Positions 45,785 through 58,360 of a stretch of 64,000 nt of DNA are shown piece by piece. The stretch comes from Podarcis liolepis (taxonomy: Eukaryota): the NCBI GenBank assembly GCA_965112155.1, contig OZ218102.1; one strand, 5' to 3'. The position numbers were made by a program, and so were the translations under genes. Below the pieces are notes generated by a model that worked only from the letters and a program-made list of their open reading frames with translations, did no database searches and was not told the origin of the DNA. Every line of letters starts with the position of its first letter. Within the stretch, counting starts at the first letter, position 1.

Positions 45785-48700
45785 TCAAAAGTAGTACAGG
45801 GCTATTATTCCTAAACAGTCACCCACTTATTACACTATCCTGCAATCACTGAGATCTTTAGTTAAGCCTAAGTTTATTGCCATAAAAACACTCAAAATAC
45901 ATAATGTCATTCTTTTACAACATGTAACTAGTTCATCTAACATTTTGACCCTTTTTTCAGTGACCACAAGGGTATTACAAGAAATGTGCACATGCCTACA
46001 CATAAGCTGCAAATGCAGATGGAATGTTTGCTTTCCTTTAAAAAATGGTAATGGGTAAGGGTACACAATTTTGGAAAAAGAAATAATAAATAGGTGGACA
46101 GGTCTTGCCTGACCAGCTAGTCAAAATATGTTTGTACATAAAGGCAAATAAACTGACCTATACTGGATCAGAAGAACTGTGCCCCAAAATGGTTGTTTAT
46201 TTATTTGATTCAATTTATGAATCACTTTCAATAAAATATCTCAGAGATTTCACAATAAAAATGTCAACAATTAAAACAATTACATGTGCAAAAGCAATAA
46301 AAATAATTCCATATATAAAACACTTAGTGGTGCACCCAGGTTTCACTATCAATTCAGCTTAAATTATTTCCAAACTCTGATATAGACAGCATAAAACCAG
46401 AACAGAAAGGAAATGGGATGAAAAAAATTTGCTACTTTTCAGAGGAAAAGCCTCAGCAACTGTGAGGCATCCAGCGGTAACTAAATCCAAAGAATAAAGC
46501 TTACAAAAATGACATCAGTTTCAGCTGGCATGCCAATATACTTCACTAGCACAAATAAAAAAGTTCTTAATAACATATCATTTTTTTAAAGTCAGTTTTT
46601 GCCACATGCATATTTCAAATCCTCATGTTATTAAAGCTGCACAATGAGGTTGATAAAATTGCTTGAGAATGTATTTATACAGTCTCTTTTTGGAATATAT
46701 TTGCAATAGATATGTTTGCAATAAAAGTATATCAAAATGTTGCGAAGGACAAAAATGATATCCATTGACGATTTACAACTCTGCTGGTTAAAAAGTGAAG
46801 GCTTGTGGGATACAAGTTTGTTTCCCAGCAGTTACTTTTCATTTCAATGTTCCAACAAGTTTATAAAAACAAGAGAGAACCTATTGTTTTAACTCTGTCT
46901 GAGTTGGTTACTTCTAAGATAGCAAAGCAGGAGGCAAGAGCTTAGAATTAAATGTTGCAACATTAGGGTGAATATTTTCTTACAACCCTTTATTCTGGTT
47001 TATTTCAAACCTAATTTGAGAATCTTGTATGACAGCAAAATATAACTCCCCCCCACCCCAGTCACTTGCAAAACTAAAGAAAGATTTCATGAAAAGGTTC
47101 AGAAAAAAACATGTCTCAGAAACTAAACATGCAATTCTCTTAAACCTGAATTGCCCTACAACTGAACGTGCAAGGGAAAGAACAGATTGTGATGCTTACC
47201 TTAAATGAGGCCCCTAGAACTGAACTGGAAAACACCATCCATGTTGGGGGAGAGAGGAGAAAAACAGCAACATTTCAACTCCCACCAGAACTCACTCCTG
47301 CATAATTTCTTTTAAAAGCCATAGCCAAGTTTTTCTTACCCATAAGTGCAATCAAGAACTTTACATTAACCTTCTCCTTTTTGTGTTGTATGAAACCACT
47401 TTATCTCATAGCCCAGGAATCTGACAGGGAAAGCGATATGGAAATTTATCTGCTGCCAGAAAACGGCCTTCATGCTTGCGTATGGTACTGGAAAGAGGAG
47501 GGACCGTTGGGCAGATAAGGAAGAGCATTTTAACACTCTGCAGACGCTGTAAGTAAAATAACAGCTACTTGATATATTTTTAAACACAAGATTTGTTTTC
47601 AAAAGGTATTCCTTAAGATACTTTCTAGGCAAATTCATTAATCTGCCCAGAAAGTATCTTTAGGAAACTCCCTATTTAGATACTTGTGAGGTAATAAGAT
47701 TGTACAAAGTTGTGTGGAGTTAAGAGTTAAGAGTCAATTCGGTATATTTGTCATCAAACAAATGTAGATTAACCTAATTAAATTTTGCAGGCTGGCTTGT
47801 AGTAAGCCTCATGGACAAGGATGTTGACAATTTGAATCTGTGTCAAAAGTTCATACTCTGGTGCAGGAAAACCAAAATGTGACACTAAAGTTATGCAAAC
47901 ACAGTTGAGGGCAGTGGCTATGTATTTCTTTATTTAAGTACCACCTTGTATTATGTAGTCCTATATGTCTTCCTTTAAAACATAGGCTTAAGCTATGTTA
48001 TTCAAAAATGGAATACAAAAGACTTTTGGAATAATGAACGTAACACAACGGAGATGCTATATAGGTTGAGACAAGAACAAACCTATCTTTATAGAAGGGT
48101 CCTAATAGTGTTAGTCTGCCAGTGTTCCTGTTCAGCTGACTTGAGTTAGCTTTTCTATGCTAACTGAAAATGGCAAATCCTCATTTTACTGGTATTAGGA
48201 TTTATATGGATTTTTAGCCTGCCCCATTATAAAAGCTCAGGACAGATTTGAAAACAAATACCTTCTCCAACAAAATGAATTAAAAACAGACAACAGAACT
48301 GAAGTTTGATACACTAAGGGATTCTGCTGTGAATATTTCTCGCTCTATTTTCTGTTATAAGTGCCTACCTATTATTTTGAAGAATTGAACAAGTTTTTTA
48401 AAAGTGCAGAAGCAAGCGCACAGCAGGTGAACCCAAGTTAACATCAGCGCTTTGTACACTCCCAAACAGCTTCTTGGCAGTTGTTTCAATGGGCTCCAAA
48501 ATGCAATGTAATAAAATTATTATTACTATTATTATTACTGCTTAAGAGGAGGTAGAGGGGCTGCACTGCACTAACATTCCCCCTCTACCTCCTGATTTGC
48601 AGCAGCAGCAAGAACAACAGCGGTATGTGAGCACTGATAAAGCACTGCTGGCTTTCATCATTTCCAAAACTTTAATTTAATTTGTTCAGATGGAGTGTTA

Positions 48701-49214
48701 AGGTCATTATTGTACAGGATGCAAGTAAACACTATTTTAATCTACAAATGTCATGAATTCACACTCCTTCTTAAGTTAATCTTTAACTGGGAACTACCAC
48801 GTTGCTTGAAGATAATATTCACATATTGTTTGCACTAGCATCTGGGCAGCATTCCAATATGTCATCATTTTAGTAAAAACTATAGTTTGATATATTAGCA
48901 CAATCAGCAATGAAGAGTGGCTGGGAAAGAGAGAGAAGAGACACAAAGCCATTTCCTTGCATGTTACAGCACACAGTTGTGAACAATCAGGCAAAAGAGG
49001 GACTATCTTACTAAAGAGTTTCCTGTGATCAACAGGAAAAAGAAGTTACAGGAAAAAAGAAGCTACAGTGAAAACAGTACTTCTTTCCTTTCCAGAGTAG
49101 ATAACACCATTAGCACATCCTGTTTTTACTGTGGTATCGAAGTAAAGTAAAGCAAATCATAGGAATCATATACAACTGTAGCAAATATACAGCAAGCATA
49201 CCTTGTATGATACT

Positions 49215-49395
49215 TAAGAGTGTTGGACTATTACTGGGTAGATTTGGGTTCTGATCCCTATTCTGCTATGATGATGCCTGGGTGATCTTGGACCAGTCAT
49301 TATATCATAGGATTGTTGTGAGAACAAACAGGCAGAGCACAGAGAATGATGTGTGTTGCTTTGAGACTGCTGGTGGAAGGGTAGGATATCAAAGC
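49215..49395 (+). mobile_element. Old tRNA-derived (MIR/CORE-like) SINE remnant
   Basis: agagtgttggacta...gggttctgatccc...gggtgatcttggaccagtca...ggattgttgtgagaa pattern. Confidence 0.5.
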
Positions 49396-51967
49396 AAACC
49401 AACAATATAGGAGAGAAAAAACACCATTGCTATTCACAAGTAATAATTCAAGATCCCACACATCGCAGAATCAGTTCTAAAAATCTCTAATGTATATCTG
49501 TCAAGAGAGGGCCATAAGATTTCTGACTGGGATTTGATGAAAGATTTAGAAGACTCAAAAGAAGGCAACCCAGACATCCAATTGGGGGGGGGGGGAGGAT
49601 CCAATGGAAAACAGAACTTATCTGAAGGTTCTTTCACTTCACTTGAAGGTACTTAAGTTCTACCTCTTAATCATAAACCAAGGAGTTCCACATACAACAG
49701 ATTCTGATTCCCAGACCTCTTTAAGATAGGACATCACAGTTTTGAGCACTTTAACACACAGTACTGTTTTCCAACTTTTTGTCTAAATGTTCAGGTATGT
49801 CCTTTGCAGTTTTGATAAAATTTGCCTAAGATCAGAATGAAGAACAAAATGTTAGATTTCGACTTCTATTAACCCTAGCCAAGCTAGTCAATGATAAGGG
49901 ATAATGACAGCTGATTCAACAATATCTGGAGAGCCAGAATCCCCATCCCTTGCTTAAGAGGAGCAGTAGTTCTAGCTTTAAGATAGCATTAATACTTCAA
50001 CCTGATTCCATTCTGTTCCTTCCTGGATGTTCCAAAAAGTACCATTAACATCCCTGTGTATCTGAATTGCTGGTTTATTTAGGCCTAGTTCCTGCTCCTC
50101 CTCTTCCTCACACTCCTCTTGCCCATGCTAATCCCCTTCCACTTTTCTCACTTACTTTTTGTTTTGTTTTAACAATGCATTAGTGGTGGCAGCACTGGTG
50201 GTCTCTCTCTTTCCCCTCCCTACCTTGCTCAGAGGAAATGTCAAGTGGATTGTCCCTCAGAGCCCAGTCTTCTGAATATGTTGGCCAGGAACCCCTGTGC
50301 TGCCACCACTTTGCTGCAGGTGCTGGACATTCTGTGTAAATCTAGTTAGTTACAAGTTTAAAAGGAGAGCTAGGCAAGGAAGAGGAAAAGGTGGAAGAGC
50401 TCACTGGAGCCTCACTGGGTGGGTGGCCTGCAAGCAAGCAAGCCAGCAAGCAGAGAGCCCAGAGGACACCCATTCACTGTCCATGCTTCCAGAGACAATT
50501 GTCTCAGCTTGGCTCGTGGAAGTGCTGGCCTTGTATTTATTTATTCATTCTAAGTGTTTATATTCCCACGCTAGCAAAAATTCACAAGGCAGCTTTCAAA
50601 TCAAAATACCAGACAATTTAAAAGACATACATCAAACAGAACCAATATTAACATGAAATAGGAGCATACAATCATTTGGCAGAGATTAAAAAACTAGATT
50701 GGACCTTAACAGATTTAAAAGCATGAGAGAAATAAAATGATTTCTGTCTTGTGCCAAAATGATATGAAGTTCAAGCTACTCTGGGGACATGGTTTTAAAG
50801 ATGCAGAGGGCACCACTGAAAAGGTCCTCTGTGATAATCTTTTGCTACATCTCACCTGTGGTGGCATCAGAGAAGGATTTAAGATGGTGGTCTTATTAGA
50901 TAGGCATAAATGGAGACAAGTAATATCTAAACTATGGACAGCACACAGACCAGGGGCACCAAATCATTTCCCCAGTTGCCACTTCACATATTACACATTT
51001 CTAAAACAGACCTCAGATTCAAGCAAATAATGGCATGCAGTTTTCCATGTGTACAAACTATGCAGAGCCTGTGTTCATATTGTAAAAGACACATGCACAA
51101 ATGCACATAAGGAAGTTCACACAGGGTATATGCTGTTTCCTACACAGACAATTGTGTTGAAAATGAATTGACAGGCGGAAGAAAGTAACCATTTGCTGTT
51201 TGGAGACAGTTGTATGTTACTTATCAGTTTCAGCTCCAGGGTGACAATTCCCATCAGATTCCTCTTCTATGGGATATGGGAAATTTGCCTTTGAAATATT
51301 TTTTAGGGAATGAGCCATGACAGCTGGAGAGAAAGTTTCATGGACAACTGACAAACTGCTGCATAGCTGGGAAAAGTTATATGCACGAACAGATTTTACC
51401 CAGGTAAATTGGAGAGTTCTACAAATAGTAAATTGGACTGAATTCATTCTACACTCAGCCTCTGACAGATCACCCCTGAGGGAAAGTAATCCTAAAGAGA
51501 AAGTAGGTTGCTCACCCTTTGACTAGGGCAAAGCCAAGGTCATGCAGAACCAAATGAGATAATTTATGTAAGAAAGAGAATAATAATTCCCACCCACCCC
51601 CAATAATCAGGTAGGGTATACCTGATTTGCTTTTCTGGCAAATCATGAGCTAAAATTTGACAACAGAAAACAACCTATGCAGTTGACTGAAATTCATACA
51701 CCACCACCCCAGCTATTGGTTCAGCTGATTATGCATTATGAACTGTTTTATTAACTGCTCAGAAGTTTTAAAATTTGTAGACACACAACGTCTAGTGACA
51801 GATGGTTAGTAGAAAGGGGTGCAGAGAAGAGAAGAGGCAGCACTATCAACAGTTAGTTATCTGTTCTACTGAGTTACTGTGCTTGGGTAAATAGACAGAG
51901 ATAAATAAGGTATAGCAAAAATAAAAAATAGCAGCAATGTAAATTATGTTAACAATATCCATATGGG

Positions 51968-53003
51968 ATGGGAAAAGCACTGGAGCCAGATGGACTTACT
52001 GCAATTTATTATAAAAAGTTTCAGGATGCACTTATAGAACCACTTAAGGACACCATTAACAGAATTCTAGTGATGGGAGTACCAGCTTCATGGAAAGACG
52101 CATTCATAACTCTAATCCCCAAACAATAGAGTGACTTAACATAGACTAAAAATTACAGACCTATTTCATTATTGAACTGTGACTATAAACTATTTGCTAC
52201 AATCCTGGCTATTAGACTGAAAACGACATGTGACTAAGTCAGTCCGCAGACTCCAGGCCAGGTTTTTACTAGGTCGACAAATGAAAGACAATGTAAGAAA
52301 TGTAATCAATTTAATAAAGTACCTAGAAGTAAGAAACAGGCTGTGTTAAATCTTTCTAGATGCAGAGAAAACTTTTGACAAAATTCATGATCATTTATGA
52401 TTAAGGTTTTAGCAATCTATACTGATCAATCTGCAAATATATTAGTAAACAATATTCTTTCAGACCAATGCCAAGTAGAAAAAGGAATGAGACAAGGCTG
52501 TCCCCATCTTCACTGTTTATTATGAGTTTGAAATATTGCTTCAGAATATAAGGTGAAATAGGGAAATTAAAGGTATTGAGGTGGGACGTAGAATCTATAA
52601 ATTAAGGGGATTTGCTGAAGATGTGTTGTTGACATTAGGACACCCTTTGGAGAGTGTGCCCAAAGCATTAGAAAAATTAAAAGCTTTGGAGAAGAGCAAT
52701 AGTGTGAGAGCTAGAAGAACATATGATTAAAGAAGAGTGGAAAACGTTTATTGTATATATGGAAAATAACTGTACTCAGCTGAAAAAGCTGGCAGCATTA
52801 AGTTAAATTAAACACTGTAAATAATATTTGAGTGATTTAAAAGTGGAAAACTGATTTGAATGGTTATAGTAAAATATGCAGGAATGTATGATATGAAGAA
52901 CGAACCATGGAAGGAGAAGAATGGAAGTCACTGGATCTTTTAAAGTTTCCCCCCAAAAATTTTGAAATGTAAAATTGAAAACTTAATAAATTATGGAAAA
53001 AAA
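51968..53003 (+). mobile_element. Degraded L1-clade LINE (RT region plus 3' end)
   Basis: PDGLTAIYYKKF, SWKDAFITLIPK, NYRPISLLNCDYKLFATILA, FLDAEKTFDK, GMRQGCP, FAEDV with stops and frameshifts; AATAAA and an A-run at the end. Confidence 0.88.
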
Positions 53004-54519
53004 CCCCACCAATATCCATATAGAGTTGGTGTTAAATTCACCAATAATTTTCAGAAGCACTATCAATCTTTGTTAATGGTACAATATTATTCTTAATCAT
53101 TCAGCAAAAAAATAAATATTCATTTTCTTGCTATTAATTTCCACAAAATCACATTTGTTACCTGGATGTTATTTTCACAGTTCTCTCTCCCTTCTGACCT
53201 GCAAACAAAAATAAAGCAAAGCATGTCAGCTTCAGACAGAACTTGCACAGATTGTAAATTTCATTATAACTTTACATGAGCAAATGCAGCCACTCAAAAA
53301 CACTGTATTTGTTGACTTTTTTTAAAAAAAAAAAAACACCAACCAAGTGTTCAGGAAAGTGAACTCAACTTCTCTAGTTCCTCAAAATTGGCTGCAAGAG
53401 GGATGGACAACTGAAATCAAAAGGACTTCAGCATGTTTAACAATATAATGGATTCTAGCCAATGTTTATATGAAGCTTGTTTTTTACGAATCTTTGATTA
53501 CAAATAAAAATTGCCCTTAGAAAGTAAGGTTAGATAGTGCCTAACTGGACATTAAAAAAGCACCGTAAAATCAGTTTGTCATCGAGTTCTAATTGCCAAG
53601 ACTTCTCAAATCAAATTAGCTGGACACCAAGACAGCAATCTCCTCTCCTCCTGAAGTTTTTAATAAACTGCAAAGAACCCTGAGGAGGAAACAGTCGAAT
53701 CTCTCACCATTCTAACTTTGCAGAAGGCAGAAGCAGCACAACAGGTTTGTACGGTTTCTGCAAATGGCCTGTCCAAAGAGAAGCAAAGTCCAACCCCTCC
53801 CATCCATTTTATAGCACATGCAGAGAACGGTACTTTTGCAGGCTTCGTCCTGGTGGCCGCCACTTACCCCCACAAAATATCCTGGCCATAGCATTCATTC
53901 TGACACATTCTGGGGGAAATTATGTCCACCCCCACTCGCAGTCCTCCCTGCTCCCATCACAGAACGATATAGCGTAGAAGGAAATAGCAATTACCATGAA
54001 GCAACCCGAAATAAAATCTCTGCTGCCACCTGTACTGATTTAAGCTTTAAAAATATGACATTGGGTGGGATCCAACTAATGAGTCCTGTCAGTGGATGCC
54101 CACACAAGGACTTGCACAAAAGGACTTTCCCCTATATGCCCCTGAAATTGGAGGGGGGGGGTTCAGGAGACTCCCCAGAACAGTACACAAGAGGAGTGGG
54201 GATCAAGCTGTCAGTGGTCTGACTGAAATGCTTGCTCTGATGGAACACTTGACGTAGAGTGATGTTGAATTTCTTTCACTACAAAACAGAATGAATGCAC
54301 CAATTTTTGAAGACTTATGTGCCTTAAAAATATTCAGAAATACCCAAATTTGCTGCCAGAGAATGGTACGGGAAATGTGGGCACTATTTTTGATTCATTT
54401 TTTCTTAACACCATTATCAGGAAAAGAACAGCAAAAATTGTGTAGAGTCCCTGTGGAAGGGAGAAGTTTTTCCATCTCTTAAGCCCATTATGGAATGATG
54501 ATGCAAACCATAATTTGCT

Positions 54520-54870
54520 GTCTCAATCTTACTGCTGTTTTGCAATATCAGACTGTCAGAAAGTTCTTCCTGATATTTAGTCAGAACTCCCTTCCTTGTA
54601 ATGTGAAGCCCCTGGTTTGGGTCCTAGCCATGGAGCAGGAGAAAGTAAGCTTGCTCCATAAGCGACAACCATTTAGAATTCGAAGATTGCTTTCATATCT
54701 TCTCTCAATCTCCTCTTTACCAAGCTAAGCATACTCAATTCCCTCAACAGTTCCCCATGAGATCTGGTTTCCAGACCCTTTATCATCTTGGTCACCCTCC
54801 TCTGCACACCACAAGCTTTCAATATGCTTCTTAAATTGTGGTGCCCCGAACTGGACAGAGTGTTCTCACT
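54520..54870 (-). mobile_element. CR1 LINE fragment
   Basis: Minus-strand VQRRVTKMIKGLETRSHGELLRELSMLSLVKRRLREDM. Confidence 0.88.
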
Positions 54871-55573
54871 GTCTCTAACGTACAAAAGTAACCATGTATC
54901 AAAGGAGTCACAGTACAGTACATTCAAAGTTGCACGGCATGCTTTTTTCTGAAGTAAAAAATATTCTCTCACAGTTATTAGCTTATAATGTTTGATGAAA
55001 TTAAGGGAAGCATCTCTGGTACAATTCATGACCGTGGGTTATAAAAATAAAGATAAAACTAGAATATGTTAACAAAGCTTGAGGTTGCATACTAATGGCT
55101 TAGAAACTAGATTTCTGTGTTTTCTACTTCACTTCCAACTCCCACCCCCAAGGCATCAAAGGATTTAGAAAAGAGATCCTTAGGGAAATAATTGGGAATT
55201 TTTATAGCATGATATTTCCTTATACCACAGGCCACAGGAATGCAAACAGCTTTACCAAGCAGTGATTTCCTCATTGGAAACAACTGACAATAACGCAACA
55301 ATTCTTCCATCCCTAAATATTGCCAAAGCCTTAAGCGCATAGAATGCAAGAAGTATAAAATAATTTTACAAAAATTCTCAACAGCCAGACGAATCTCAAG
55401 CATCTTGATGGAAATGAAAAATTAACACAGGAGAGACTTGCATGATAATTCTTATGACACATTTTCACTTTAAAAACAAAGCTTTTATTGTAGTAATGTA
55501 TCAGTTACATGGGCCACAGCTACATTTCCTTGCGTTGGTCCAAACAATTCTATCTTAGCTCACATACAGGATA

Positions 55574-55930
55574 CTAGTGGGGAGCGTCCAGTGCTTACTT
55601 TTTAGTAAAAAAATAATAATTGTGGGGCTTTTTAATGGATAGTTTTGTGAGTTTGGACCCAAGACACCAAAAATTGTATGAAGTCACACCAAAGTAATGT
55701 TTCAGTTCGCCATCTTTATTCAAAATGGCATATGGTGTCCAAACATTAACCCCCATCCCAACCTTAGGAACCACTGTGCCTGAAAATGGCACCCAGTGTC
55801 CAAATGGCAACAAAGTCTGCCACCCTACTTGGGAACCATCGTGCCAAGTTTCACAACAATATCTTGATAGGCGTTCAAATATTTAGAAAACAAACAGGCA
55901 GGCAGCCCACTTTCCAAAATATATAGTTGA
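55574..55930 (-). mobile_element. Possible non-autonomous Helitron-like element
   Basis: Minus strand begins TCAACTATATATTTT followed by (CTGC)/(TTTG) short repeats and ends CTAG|T; no TIR or TSD seen. Confidence 0.4.
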
Positions 55931-56884
55931 AGAGAATATGCAATCAACTCAACTGAAGTCAACAGAATATTCCCATTTAGTAGAGCAAGTGGCTTGCTCT
56001 AGGACTTGCTCTAGCTTTTGAGTGCTTGCTCTATAGCCATGCAAGCAAAAACACTAGCAAAGACAGATCAAGCCTGGCACCGACTAGATATTAATGCCTG
56101 TTAACACCATATTTTCCTTGCTCTGAAATTGGCCCTCCCCTCCCCTTGTGTGTCTTGTTTTTTAGACTGTTAGTCTACGCAGAGTCTAGGACACTTGGAC
56201 ATGTGCAGAGCACATGGTTAGTGTAAATGTTCTAGAAATCAATTAACCATGCAATTACTCCTTTATGGTATCAGGTCAGGAAAAAAGAAGAAAATTATTG
56301 GACAGCTGCAGTATGTGTCCTGAACTACTTAAGACCCTTTCTATTGATTAACTGATCTATGATACAGCTTTAAAAGGCATTGCTGCTTTTGTTCCAGGTC
56401 ACCAAGGTGCTGGAATGAATATGTTACTATATAGTTTTGGGGCATTCCTATCTTCAAATCTCCAGTAATTACTAGTTTAATACTATTCTGTATTATATCT
56501 GTAATGCCTAATAAAGGTCTGGCGAAAGAAAGACTATTCCAAAGTAATATATTCCATCCAGTCATCATTCACCCAGTTTGCCTTCTCATAAGGGGGTCTA
56601 CATATTCAAACAAGCAAACACCTTAAATTTCAGATGGATAAAATATTCCAATGGCAAAAAGCCCCAACATGAAACTTAAGCACACTATTGATGTATATTT
56701 AGGAACTAAGCCAAATGCATAATTTTAATTTGGAATCAAAATATGAGGATATAACATTTAAAAAGACTCCACCAAATCATTACCACATTCCATGTAATTT
56801 GAATTGTTTCAAACGTTTAAAAACCTGTCCAAGTTTTAATTTTTGAAAACCATTTCACATATAGAAAGTTTTTAAAGAGGCAAG

Positions 56885-57085
56885 AGCAAGAAAAACTTTC
56901 TGACAGTAAGAGCTGTTCAACAGTGGAATGGGCTCCCTTGGAAGGTGGTGGGCTCTCATTCCTTGAGGGTTTTAAAGCAGAGGTTGGATGGCCACTTGTC
57001 CTGGATGTTTCAGGTGAGAATCCTGCATCACAGGGGGTTGGACTAGATGACCCTTGGGGTCCCTTCCAACTCTACAGTTCTATGA
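56885..57085 (+). mobile_element. CR1 LINE 3' end
   Basis: RKNFLTVRAVQQWNGLPWKVVGSHSLRVLKQRLDGHL then GGTCCCTTCCAACTCTACAGTTCTATGA tail. Confidence 0.9.
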
Positions 57086-58064
57086 GGTGGTGTTTTTTTT
57101 AACTGCATCTGTTTTCTGGGAAAGGGCAGAGGAAGAAGGAAGTGGGAAACTTAAAATCACCTCCAGTCAGAATAAAGCTATACTAAAACATGAAAACATA
57201 GCGTGTGGGGCGGGAATCAACAATCAGGTTTAACGTATTTCTACTTTATCACACCTACAAACAAAACAAAACAAAAGGCACAACATCTGCATTTTTTATA
57301 TTGTAGTTTTATAACAATATTGCAAATTCAATTGTTGTAAGCTGCCTTTAGTGATGAGCACACATTAGTTGTACAATGTACAGCACTTGGGAATCCATCA
57401 CAATGAAGTGTGCCTTAGTGTGTTTTTTTAAATAGCAATTTTAATATAAACAAAATAAATGTGTTTTCTTTTCCACAGTCCTTCAGCTCATGTCAGTATT
57501 AAACATTTATTCTACTAGGTGCCATGATCAACAAAAATATTGTATAGCCTTTATTCTACTTAAACTGTGTAGAGCAATCCTATGCACGTCTACTGAGAAC
57601 AAAGTTCACTGATGCTTACTTTCAGGATAAGTGAGCTCACCATCATAAATCTGACTGACTCAACACACCCAGTTACATTTTTCTTGCTATTGTGAACGGA
57701 AAAGAAAGCATAATCCTACAGCTTGCACCTGCTGAGCCTCTCACCATCCAGCAATCTGGCACCAGAAGGTGTCAGCAGTAGTCCTGTGACTTCCACACCT
57801 ATAGCCAACTTACATCTTCTGGCTGCAGCACCAGCTACAAAGCAGAGACAGGGCCACTGCTACAACTTTTCTAAGTGTTCTTTATTTTTATTGAGGGAGG
57901 GGAGATGTGTCTGGAAGGTGATGAGCTGGAGGGGGGGGGGAGAATTGCAGTATGGTGGGGCAGGCCGGGTAAAAAGCACACGGCACAGACAGTGAGTGAC
58001 TGCCATGTGCCAGTCCCTCCTCCAACCTGGGAAATTGTGGTTATTCCATCAGCCAGGCCCCCAG

Positions 58065-58360
58065 ATCTGCGGCTGCTGTAAATTCTCCTCAACCTCTCGG
58101 CGGCTTTCAATACCATCAACCATGGTATCCATCTGGTGAGGCTTTCCTGGCACATTCGTTACATTTCTTTAGGCGTTGGGTAAAAACATTACTCTTCTCC
58201 CTCGCCTTTGGATAATTAAATAATCTATGTCCTTTTAAATTGGGGGATGGGTATTGTTTTGTTTGTTATTATGGTATGTATTTTTGTGTTTTTATATTGT
58301 AAACTCCCCTATGATCTTTGGATGAAGGGCAATATAGAAATTTTATAAATAATAATAACA
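58065..58360 (+). mobile_element. L2 LINE remnant with large internal deletion
   Basis: ILLNLSAAFNTINHGI (RT motif) joined directly to a 3'UTR ending ggatgaagggcaatatagaaat...(aat)n. Confidence 0.7.
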
